DNA of 64,000 nucleotides, taken from contig CAWKBC010000017.1 in the NCBI GenBank assembly GCA_963847705.1, positions 160,001 to 224,000 on the forward strand. Reading direction: 5' to 3'. A model generated the notes under the pieces. That model saw only the letters and a program-made list of their open reading frames with translations. It was not told the origin of the DNA and ran no database searches. This document shows, in pieces, positions 55,311 through 63,425 of this stretch (its first letter is position 1; each line of letters opens with the position of its first letter). This stretch comes from an uncultured Pseudomonadota bacterium. Lineage in GTDB: Bacteria; Myxococcota_A; Polyangia; Fen-1088. The position numbers and the translations under genes are program-made.

Positions 55311-55547
55311 AAAACATACATGTAGGATAAATGCTGCGGCATGTCGCGTTCGCAAAAATATTGCTCCGGCGAGTTGGGATCCGGCGGTCGTCTGTCGATG
55401 CCCGTAGCGCTTGTGTCGCCGCCGCGCAGCCAGCGACGATCGTCCGCAATCTTTTGCGTGCGCTCCGAACTCTGACGTCAGGTCTCGCAGCGTCGCGATG
55501 GCTCTAAATCCGACGCTGCTTTATGATGACCGGGGGCTCTAGCCGAG

Positions 55548-56744
55548 ATGCTCGCCGACGAGAGGACCACCCACCGCAACGAGCTTCCGCTGCCGAGCGA
55601 AGCCGAAGGGTTGATCGTCGCGCCGGATCGCACGATTGCCCGCCCGCTCGTCGGTTTCCTGCGCGCCCAGGGGCTGAGCGTCCGGACCGCGGAGGACGCC
55701 GACAGCGGGTTCGAGGAGGCGCTGCTGCATCCGCCCGACGTGGTCCTGGTCGACGATCGGGTGCGTCCCACGGGGGCGGTCGATCTCGTCGCCCGCCTCA
55801 AGGACAACGTGCGCACGCACTTCGTGCCGGTGATCGTCTGCGCGCTCAACGATCTGCGGAGCTTTCGGGTGCGGGCCCTGGCGGTGGGGGCCGATGCGGT
55901 GTTCGCGCCGTCGACCGACGCCCAGGAGCGCCGCGCCCGCCTCTGGGCGCTGTTGCGGACGCGCGCGCTGCACCGGCGCTCCGAGCGGAGCCAGCGCAGC
56001 CAGCAGACGGAGATCGTCGAGCGCCGGCACTGGCTGTCGCACTTTCTCCACGATCTGACCGGGCAGGTGGCCGCGCTGGCGGCGAACGTCGACTACCTCG
56101 CCAAGTTTGCTCCGCCTGGCGATGACCCGCGGCGGCGCGATTTCGACGAGAGCGTCTCCGACGCCGAGGGGGTGTTCGAGCGGCTCAAGGCGACGATGCG
56201 GACCGTGATCGACTACGACCGCTTCGAGACCGGCCAGCTGGTGCCGCGCGAGGCGCGGATGTTTCTGGGCGAGACGGCGGCCGAGGTGGCGCTCGAGCTG
56301 CGCCGTCACGCGCTGCTCGCCGAAAAGGGGTTCACCCTGATCCGTCCCGAGCAGGAGCGGGCGCTCTACGGCGACCGTGAGCTGCTCGCGGCGGCGATGC
56401 TGAACCTCGGCATGGGGGCGCTCCGCCGCGTCCCGGCCCGCGGAACGCTCTCGATCGAGGTCGGGACGACCGACAGCGGCGTCCGGTTTCGGGCGGTGGC
56501 GCCCGGCCTGCCCCTGGCTGCGGCCGAGCGGTCGCGGATCTTCGAGCCCTACGGCAGGCGCGCCAACGGGTCGGCGACCTACGGGCTGGGGCTGGCGCTG
56601 GCGCACGCGGTGATCGAGCTGCACGAAGGGAAGATCTGGACCGAGGAGGTCGAGGGGGGCAAGGGGTGCGCCTTCGTGTTCGAGCTCGGCTGGCAGCGCA
56701 GCGGCCCGCGCCCCAAGCGCGGCCCGGTCCCGGAGCGTCGATGA
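55548..56744 (+). CDS. Hybrid receiver-histidine kinase-like protein with degenerate motifs
   Basis: PPDVVLVD receiver; FLHDL H-box; IFEPY; YGLGLAL...ELHEG. Confidence 0.82.
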   Translation: MLADERTTHRNELPLPSEAEGLIVAPDRTIARPLVGFLRAQGLSVRTAEDADSGFEEALLHPPDVVLVDDRVRPTGAVDLVARLKDNVRTHFVPVIVCALNDLRSFRVRALAVGADAVFAPSTDAQERRARLWALLRTRALHRRSERSQRSQQTEIVERRHWLSHFLHDLTGQVAALAANVDYLAKFAPPGDDPRRRDFDESVSDAEGVFERLKATMRTVIDYDRFETGQLVPREARMFLGETAAEVALELRRHALLAEKGFTLIRPEQERALYGDRELLAAAMLNLGMGALRRVPARGTLSIEVGTTDSGVRFRAVAPGLPLAAAERSRIFEPYGRRANGSATYGLGLALAHAVIELHEGKIWTEEVEGGKGCAFVFELGWQRSGPRPKRGPVPERR

Positions 56745-56757
56745 GGGGCAGCAGTCG

Positions 56758-57573
56758 GTGACGGGCAGACAATCCCTCCGGGCGCTCGTCAGCGCCGCCG
56801 CGCTCGCTCTCTTGCTGATGATCGCTGGCCGCGCCCGGGCGGGCGTGAGCGTCGAGGATCTCTGCCGGGCGGTGGTCGAGGATCCCAGCTACAAAGTGCG
56901 GGTCAGCGCGGCGCTGACGCTGGGCAAGGTCGGCGGCTCCGCGGCCGTGCCCTCCCTCATCAAGGCGCTCTCCGACCAGAACAACTCCGTGCGTGGCATC
57001 GCCGCGCAGTCGCTGGGCAAGATAGGGGAGGGCTCCGCCTCCGATCCGCTGCGCGAGCTGTTGCGCCGGGAGAGCGACGCCTTCGTCAAGTCGCAGGCCA
57101 CCGCCGCCCTGGCGCTGCTCTCGGGCGGAGGCGCCAACAAGCGCGCCAAGATCTACCTGGTGTTCGGGCCGTTCACCGGGGGCGTCAAGTCGGCGGGGCC
57201 TGACGCCTCGAAGATCATCGCCGACGCGCTCGCTCAACAACTGGGCAAGCTGCCGTCGGTGACGCTGTCACTGAGCGCCACCGATCAGCACAACTTCGCC
57301 AAGACGGGGATGCTCGGGTTCTTCATCGACGGCAACATCACCCGCCTCGAGGACATCGTCGGGGGCGGAGCGACGGAGACGAACTGCGACGTCAAGGTGA
57401 TGGTGGCGCGGTGGCCGACGAAGAGCATCATCAGCTGGACCAACGCGGGCGCCAGCCTGCAGTCGGGCTCGCGGCCACGCGACAAGGAGAGCGCGCGGCG
57501 TGACTGTCTGGAGGCGTCGGCGGGCCAGCTGGCCGACGACCTGGGACATTTCTTCAAGTCGCAAGGCGGATAG
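56758..57573 (+). CDS. Exported HEAT-repeat protein
   Basis: Signal peptide; DPSYKVRVSAALTLGK and DQNNSVRGIAAQSLGK repeats. Confidence 0.8.
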   Translation: MTGRQSLRALVSAAALALLLMIAGRARAGVSVEDLCRAVVEDPSYKVRVSAALTLGKVGGSAAVPSLIKALSDQNNSVRGIAAQSLGKIGEGSASDPLRELLRRESDAFVKSQATAALALLSGGGANKRAKIYLVFGPFTGGVKSAGPDASKIIADALAQQLGKLPSVTLSLSATDQHNFAKTGMLGFFIDGNITRLEDIVGGGATETNCDVKVMVARWPTKSIISWTNAGASLQSGSRPRDKESARRDCLEASAGQLADDLGHFFKSQGG

Positions 57574-57625
57574 ATAGAATGCAGCACCATCAGAAAAAGA
57601 AGCATATGTGGATCGGGAGGGTGTC

Positions 57626-58276
57626 ATGACCACGAGTGAAGCAGCAGGGGCGCAGCCGCCTGTGTACAAGCGCAAGATGCGGAACTACCTGCTCGACGCC
57701 GGGCTGCAGCTCCGCTACACGGCCACCATCGTTGTCGTCGCGATCTTCCTGACCGCCGGTCTGGGCTTCAAGATGTACCAGGCGACGCGGGAGATCTCGC
57801 GCATCATCCTGTACACCGGCCTGGCCGATCCGGCGACGGCGCAGGAGCTGCAGGGTCAGTTCGCCAACAGCGATCGGATCGTCCTGTGGGGGATCATCGG
57901 GTTCGGGATCGTGCTGGTGCTGTCGATCAGCGCGGTCGGCATCCTCATCACCCACAAGGTGGTCGGGCCGCTCTACAAGATCTCCAGCCTGTTCGGGCGC
58001 GTGCGGGACAACCGGATGAATCCGGCGCCGGCGGGGCTGCGCAAGGGGGACGAGCTGCAGGACTTCTACACGTCGTTCCGGGAGATGCACGAGGCGGTGC
58101 GCGAGCGGGTGATCAGCGACGTCCAGATCGTGGGTGGCGCGGTGGCGGCCATCGAAGCGAGCGGGGCGGCCAGCACGCCGGCGGTGCAGCGTGCGCTCGA
58201 CGAGCTTCGCCAGCTGAAGAAGCGCAAGGAAGACAGCCTGGAAGGTCCCGCCACCGGCGAGCCGCGCGCGACGTAA
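57626..58276 (+). CDS. Two-TM HAMP-domain protein
   Basis: YKRKMRNYLLD...LQLRY; THKVVGPLY; LRKGDELQDF; GGGAGG RBS. Confidence 0.75.
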   Translation: MTTSEAAGAQPPVYKRKMRNYLLDAGLQLRYTATIVVVAIFLTAGLGFKMYQATREISRIILYTGLADPATAQELQGQFANSDRIVLWGIIGFGIVLVLSISAVGILITHKVVGPLYKISSLFGRVRDNRMNPAPAGLRKGDELQDFYTSFREMHEAVRERVISDVQIVGGAVAAIEASGAASTPAVQRALDELRQLKKRKEDSLEGPATGEPRAT

Positions 58277-58376
58277 CTGGCGTGGGCAACACGGCGATCT
58301 GGCGCGTCGCCTGAGCCGGCGCGAGCGCATCGCGGGCGGCGCGAGGCCCCTTTGAGGGTCCCGAATTGACCGCCCG

Positions 58377-58865
58377 CTAGCTGTTCTGGCGGCGGGACTG
58401 GGCGGCGCTGACCAGACAGAGGCCGTGGAGGAACAGGCCCGGCAGGAAGCAGCAGGCGTAACCCATCAGCGTGGTCGCCATCCAGGCCACGCCCGCGCCG
58501 GCGCGTCCGGAGTAGATGTGTCCGGCGCCCGGAATCAGCATGGAGAGCATGACCGCCGTGACCGGGCTCGGGCGCGGCCGCAGCGTCAGGAAGAACGAAT
58601 CACCGGTCGAGATGGGGGGCGGTCCGAGCGACGTGTCGCCGCCGACGCGCGCGGCGATTGGCTTGCGTCCCGGATAGACGTACTCGACGACACCGGCGGT
58701 GTTGGTCCGCACGTTCAGCGTGCCGTGCTCGACCATGCGCGCGAGGTGCTTCTCCGCGGTCCGCACCGAGGTTCGACCCAGGTAGGCGACGTGGGCCGCC
58801 GTGACCGGGACATCGGTCTCAAACAGCACCTTCAGAACCAGCTGTTCGAACTCGTCGAAGTCCAT
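58377..58865 (-). CDS. wHTH-like N-terminus fused to a TM2-like membrane domain
   Basis: TAAHVAY...SVRTAEKHLARMVEHG; C-terminal LSMLIPGAGHIYSG hairpin. Confidence 0.6.
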   Translation of the reverse strand: MDFDEFEQLVLKVLFETDVPVTAAHVAYLGRTSVRTAEKHLARMVEHGTLNVRTNTAGVVEYVYPGRKPIAARVGGDTSLGPPPISTGDSFFLTLRPRPSPVTAVMLSMLIPGAGHIYSGRAGAGVAWMATTLMGYACCFLPGLFLHGLCLVSAAQSRRQNS

Positions 58866-59142
58866 CGGTTCCTGCTCTAGGGTAGCACAAGGCTCCCGCG
58901 GGAAGCACGCACCACTTTTCGGCGAACCTCACCCGACGCTGCCGTTGTTTCCAGATGAAGGAGCGCGGGGATGCTGCCTTTTTTGCGAACTTCGGACTAC
59001 GGCCGTCGTTGCTTTCTGACGAAGAAGCGAAAACGTCGCCGTCGGTGACGGGGTGACAGCGTCCACGGTCGAGCTGTATCGTCGAGCCCCGGACGGGTGC
59101 ACCGACCTTCCACCAAACCTCAAACAGAAAGAAGAAACGCAC

Positions 59143-60468
59143 GTGAACATTCAGAGACTGACTTCCTGGGGATCGATCGCGTTGATGGTCGCGGCCATCG
59201 GATGCGGGAGCAGCAGCAGCAGCAAGAGTGGCACCGGCGGCAGCGGAACGGGCGGCAGCGCGACGGGCGGCACCGGCGGCACCGGCACGGGTGGCAGCGG
59301 AACGGGCGGCACCGGCACCGGTGGCTCCAACGGAACAGGGGGCTCGGGGGTGCAGTCGACCGAGTTCTCCTTCTCCGTGAACCCCACCGCGTTGATGCTT
59401 CCCCTCGGTGGAATGCAGGCCCTCACCGTCACGATCAATCGAGACGTGGGGAGCACGACGTTCACGGGACCGCTGACGTTCGAGCTCGATCTCCCGAGCA
59501 CCATCACGGGAAGTGGGGTCACCGCGACCTTCGCGCCGAATCCGGCCACCGCGGGCTCGACCACGCTCACCGTCAACGTCGGGACGACCGGCATCGCCAC
59601 CGGAAGTTATTCGCTGAACGTCGTGGCGACCTCAGGGACCGGAGCTGCGGCCACGCAGTTCACGGTCGCGTTGCCTCTCAAGGTGACCTCGGCGGCGAGC
59701 ACGCTGCTGGTCGACAACGACGCCAGCCCCAACAACAGCGACCCCACGAACACCACCGCCACGGCGTCCACGTCGGACACACTCTTTACCACCTTGTTGA
59801 CCAACGAAAGCATCGCCTATCAACCGTTCATCGTTCCGAGCGGAGCGCCGACGACCTCGCCGACGACGGCAGACCTCAAGAACTACTCGACGATCGTCTG
59901 GTATACCGGCGCCAACTACGGGGGGGACGATCCGACGCTGTCCGACGTCCAGGAGGCCATCCTGGCCGACTGGCTCGACCAGGGCGGTCACACGCTGCTC
60001 ATGTTCTCGGAGGATCTCGTCTATGACCGCAAGATGGGCGACTGGGACACCACGGCGGAGACGGACGACTTCCTCGCCAACTACATTGGCGCGATGGGCG
60101 ACGCCGACGACGGCGACCTCAACCACGTGACCTACACGGCGAGCGGTGTGGCCGGGACGGCCTTCGCGAGCGAGTCGTTCAAGGTCGTCAAGGACTCGCC
60201 GATCCCCAGCACCGGCGACATCATCAATCCCACGACCGGAGCCAATCCGCCGGTGAAGCTCGTCACCGTCATGAGCGATCCCGACGGCACCGGAACACCG
60301 ATCGCGACGGCGATCGCTGTCGGTCGCAAGAATGTCGGCGCCGCCGGAACGTCGACGATCGTCTACGTCGGGATGCCGATCGAGGACATCCTCATGACGA
60401 CGGGGAACAACTCCGCCGCCGACTTCTTCCACGCGACGCTCGTCTACGCCGGCCTGAAGACCCAGTAG
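59143..60468 (+). CDS. Thr/Gly-rich lipoprotein with an Ig-like domain and a C-terminal alpha/beta domain
   Basis: Lipobox AIGC; (GTGGS)n linker; LLVDND...IVWYTG...WLDQGG. Confidence 0.75.
   Translation: MNIQRLTSWGSIALMVAAIGCGSSSSSKSGTGGSGTGGSATGGTGGTGTGGSGTGGTGTGGSNGTGGSGVQSTEFSFSVNPTALMLPLGGMQALTVTINRDVGSTTFTGPLTFELDLPSTITGSGVTATFAPNPATAGSTTLTVNVGTTGIATGSYSLNVVATSGTGAAATQFTVALPLKVTSAASTLLVDNDASPNNSDPTNTTATASTSDTLFTTLLTNESIAYQPFIVPSGAPTTSPTTADLKNYSTIVWYTGANYGGDDPTLSDVQEAILADWLDQGGHTLLMFSEDLVYDRKMGDWDTTAETDDFLANYIGAMGDADDGDLNHVTYTASGVAGTAFASESFKVVKDSPIPSTGDIINPTTGANPPVKLVTVMSDPDGTGTPIATAIAVGRKNVGAAGTSTIVYVGMPIEDILMTTGNNSAADFFHATLVYAGLKTQ
59230..59350 (+). repeat. Coding tandem repeat (Gly-Thr-Gly-Gly-Ser)n linker
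   Basis: Repeated ggcaccggcggcagc / ggaacgggcggc units. Confidence 0.7.
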
Positions 60469-60492
60469 CGAACGCGCCAGCACGGCAACCGT

Positions 60493-60529
60493 GAGCCCTC
60501 CACGCCGATGTCGGTGTGGAGGGCTCTTT
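60493..60529 (+). terminator. Rho-independent terminator of the lipoprotein gene
   Basis: GAGCCCTCCACGCCGA-TG-TCGGTGTGGAGGGCTC long stem followed by TTT. Confidence 0.75.
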
Positions 60530-60721
60530 GGAACCCTCTCGGCCAAAGGGGCTCATGGGAGTCTGTTCAAGACTGGGTGTAGGTTCAGTATATGTACCGA
60601 AACGGTTCCTGCAATGCCGGTGACCGTCGGACAGCTCTGGAGGGGGGCTTACGCGTGTTAATAGTTTCCTTGTATGTCGACGTTCATCAAGTGATGACAT
60701 CTTCTTTAAGGAGCTAAAGCG

Positions 60722-61801
60722 ATGTACACGTACCCCTTCACCCCCGCAGAAGAATGGGAAGATCGCGGAGTCCAGTTTGTCAATTTCGGCGTTCCCCAGG
60801 CCACGGTCGACACCCTGAAGAGCAAAATCACCGATATGTGGATCGAGGGCGCCGGCGGCTGGGTTTACGAGTGGTCCGCCATCGCGGCCGACTACGCGGC
60901 CAAGAGCGATCACACGATGGCGTCCCTCGTCTACGGCTTTGCGAAGTTCCCCACCGTCTGCGACCAGCAGCGAGTCGTCGCGCTGCAGAAACAGGTCGAC
61001 GAGTTCATCAAAGCAGCACCGACGTTTCCTGTCCACTTCGAGCGCCGGACGATGACGTTGCCCTACGCCGGCTCGACCGTGGACTTCCCGGTTCACATCT
61101 ATTCCGCCGACGCGAATTATGCCGAACGACCCGTGATGCTCATGAGTGGCGGGGTTGACACGTTCAAGATCGAGTTTCACCAGTCGTACATCGCGGCTGT
61201 GCAGCAGCTCGGCGCAACGGTCGTCGCCTTCGATATGCCCGGCACGGCCGAGATGCGCCATGTTCCGCTCACCGGCGCCGCCGACGAAGTTGTCCTTGGC
61301 CTCGTCAAAGAAGCCCGCAAGCTCGGCAACGGCATCGTGGGCTATCATGCGTTCTCGTTCGGCGGCAATTTCTCGGCCCTCGTTGGGCTGACCGGAGTGG
61401 TCGATATGTGTGTCGATAACAGTGGGCCAGTCAACGGTGCATTCACGGCCGAACATATTTCGAAAGTTCCATTCGGCATGGGCGATATTGTCGGCAACGC
61501 AATGGGCTTCACGTACAAGCCTTCCGTCGAAGAACTGGTCCAGGTCGCACAAACGCTTTCGCGAGCGAAGCTCTTCGATCTGAAAAAGAACTCCCCGATG
61601 TACGTCATCAACGGTGCCGACGACTATTTTGTGCCCGTCGAAGACTCGACGATCTTTCAAAGCCTGCCGAACACCGAAGTCCACATCATCCCTGGAACAG
61701 GACACTGCTGTATCTCGAAGCTCAGCGAAATCTACCCGATGATGTACGGTTGGTTGCGATCGCAGCTCGATGCTAAGACGGCGGAAGAAAAGAGCGCGTG
61801 A
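60722..61801 (+). CDS. Alpha/beta hydrolase (FrsA/esterase-like)
   Basis: SGGVD, FDMPGT, AFSFGG nucleophile elbow, INGADD, GTGH; TAAGGAG RBS; visibly lower GC. Confidence 0.82.
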   Translation: MYTYPFTPAEEWEDRGVQFVNFGVPQATVDTLKSKITDMWIEGAGGWVYEWSAIAADYAAKSDHTMASLVYGFAKFPTVCDQQRVVALQKQVDEFIKAAPTFPVHFERRTMTLPYAGSTVDFPVHIYSADANYAERPVMLMSGGVDTFKIEFHQSYIAAVQQLGATVVAFDMPGTAEMRHVPLTGAADEVVLGLVKEARKLGNGIVGYHAFSFGGNFSALVGLTGVVDMCVDNSGPVNGAFTAEHISKVPFGMGDIVGNAMGFTYKPSVEELVQVAQTLSRAKLFDLKKNSPMYVINGADDYFVPVEDSTIFQSLPNTEVHIIPGTGHCCISKLSEIYPMMYGWLRSQLDAKTAEEKSA

Positions 61802-61885
61802 CGAGTCAGCTTATCGGCCCGGCGCACCGTGCGAGGGGATAAGCAGAACAAGCTGAGCCTGCCCCGGTTCAGTTCCGTGGCGAGA

Positions 61886-61913
61886 AGTTAACAGAATATT
61901 TCTTATCGGACAT
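61886..61913 (-). other. dif/xrs-like XerC-XerD recombination site
   Basis: Minus strand reads ATGTCCGATAA-GAAATA-TTCTGTTAACT (11-6-11); the XerD arm resembles TTATGTTAAAT. Confidence 0.72.
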
Positions 61914-62163
61914 TCGTCTATGGGCGCAAAAGCGATAGGGTCCGCTTTCTGCAAAGCTGAAATGTCCGCGTGGGGTCGGCCCGAGCCTGCACGGTTCCGG
62001 GTGGAACGCGATCTTGAACCCGAGCGCTCGGCCGGAGTGGCCGGTTATCGTGGCCTTCGGAGATGGCTAACAACTGGGCGTCCGCGGAGATCACCGGACC
62101 CGATTCGCCGCCACGAAGGCCGCCCTCTCCGTCGAGGATCCCCGGTTACCACAGAAGCTTCGG

Positions 62164-63189
62164 CTAGCGCTCCGCGGGGAACATCACCGAGATCGGCGGG
62201 AGCCGCAGGCGGCCCCTGCTCCGCTGCCGCGCGCCCGCCGGTGCGCCGGCCGCGCCGTCGGTGCCCCCGCAGTCGAGGGACGTGCAGACGCCCGCCGCGC
62301 AGACGGCGCCGGGAAAGCAACTGTCGTAGGCGGTGCAGGGAGATCCCGTGTTGACCAACGAGGCGGTGCACGTTGCCGCGCCCGCGTCGGTCGTCGGCCC
62401 GCAGGCACCGCCGTCTGGAATCGTGATGGCCACGCACGACGAGGTCGTCGCGTCGCAAAGAGCGCCGGCTTGCGTCGGGTCGCAATAGACGATCATGGTG
62501 GAGTCACAAGGTTGTCCGACAGTCGGAAGCTTGGTGCAGACGTGGTTGGTCCCGGCGCAGTAGCCGTCGATGGGGCAGGCCTCCGTGTCCGCACAGGCCG
62601 CGCCCATGACGACCGGCGCCGTGCAGACGGTCGTGCTCGCGCTGGTCGGAGTCATCGCGCAGACCAAACCATCGGCGCAGTCGGTTCCGAGGACACTGTC
62701 GTTGCTACAAGGCTGACCGCTGGATACGGCCGCCACACAGGTTCCGCACTGCCCGAGGGTCGGCATGGAACATCGCCCGCTCGCGCATTGCCAGCTGGTG
62801 CTGCAGGGGCCACCGATCGATACGGTGCCTCCGTGCGCAAGGCAAGCGGCAGGGGCCGTGCTCCCTCCCAGAAACGCCGTGCAACTCTGCGCGGCGATCG
62901 CATTTCCACATTGCTCGGCCAGTGAAGCGGTCAGACCCGTGTGGGGCGCCGTGAGCTCCTCGTTGCATGAGGCGACGTTGTACGACTTGCAGGCGGCGAC
63001 ATCTGCGAATCCGAGGAGCGCCAGAGCCCCGGGCTCGCACGCCTCGAGCCGATCGCACTCCGCTCCGAAGGCGGCGCAACCGGATCCGGCGCCGCTGTCG
63101 GGCTTGTTCGAGTTGGAGCCGCCACACGCGGTGGCCACAAACCCCATGAAGCCAATGAACGCCAATCGCCTCTTCCGGATCACGCGCAT
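62164..63189 (-). CDS. Cys-rich lipoprotein (about 33 Cys), passenger of the cassette
   Basis: MRVIRKRR + hydrophobic stretch + ATAC lipobox; repeated G-x-x-C...C-x4-C modules. Confidence 0.78.
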   Translation of the reverse strand: MRVIRKRRLAFIGFMGFVATACGGSNSNKPDSGAGSGCAAFGAECDRLEACEPGALALLGFADVAACKSYNVASCNEELTAPHTGLTASLAEQCGNAIAAQSCTAFLGGSTAPAACLAHGGTVSIGGPCSTSWQCASGRCSMPTLGQCGTCVAAVSSGQPCSNDSVLGTDCADGLVCAMTPTSASTTVCTAPVVMGAACADTEACPIDGYCAGTNHVCTKLPTVGQPCDSTMIVYCDPTQAGALCDATTSSCVAITIPDGGACGPTTDAGAATCTASLVNTGSPCTAYDSCFPGAVCAAGVCTSLDCGGTDGAAGAPAGARQRSRGRLRLPPISVMFPAER

Positions 63190-63196
63190 GGCGACC

Positions 63197-63224
63197 ATCG
63201 TATGTCACCGCCGCTGGCCGTCAA
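63197..63224 (-). promoter_or_regulatory. Leaderless-type promoter of the passenger gene
   Basis: TTGACG-N16-TACGAT-N7-ATG(63189). Confidence 0.6.
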
Positions 63225-63425
63225 AGAAGCTCAGGAAGCCAGGCCCGCCACGCGGATGCCCTACCGAGGGAAGGGGGCTACTCGATCGATGTGGCCTGCG
63301 AGAAGCACCGCACTTCGCCGGATTTGGGGACAGCCGCCCCGTCCAGCGGACAGTTTCGCTTTGCAGCAGACCGGACATCTCAGCTTTGCGTTGACATCGT
63401 CTCTGTCGTTCCGCTTTCGCTCGAG

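Larger units (their letters stand above)
61919..63396. mobile_element. Non-autonomous IS1202-family-like cargo cassette (no transposase) with a 5-bp TSD
   Basis: 51-bp imperfect IRs (61919-61969 and 63346-63396) with tandem GCAAAGCTGARATGTCCG-like subrepeats; TCGTC duplicated at 61914-61918 and 63397-63401; abuts the XerC arm. Confidence 0.75.

Noticed and set aside
58866-59142. Possible riboswitch (such as c-di-GMP-I) upstream of the lipoprotein gene
   Set aside because: No GGCAAAC...GAAA...GACGCAAAG core or other recognisable aptamer.
60640-60700. Partner xrs site to the left of the hydrolase gene
   Set aside because: No TAA-N6-TTA core; GTATGTCGACG only loosely resembles a XerD arm.
61807-61846. 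TTATCGG half-site near the hydrolase stop codon
   Set aside because: No XerD arm; it is one arm of a GCTTATC/GATAAGC hairpin, more likely a terminator-like stem.
61920-62354. 144-aa plus-strand ORF inside the cassette as a transposase remnant
   Set aside because: It starts inside the IR, has no HTH or DDE motif and overlaps the passenger gene antisense.
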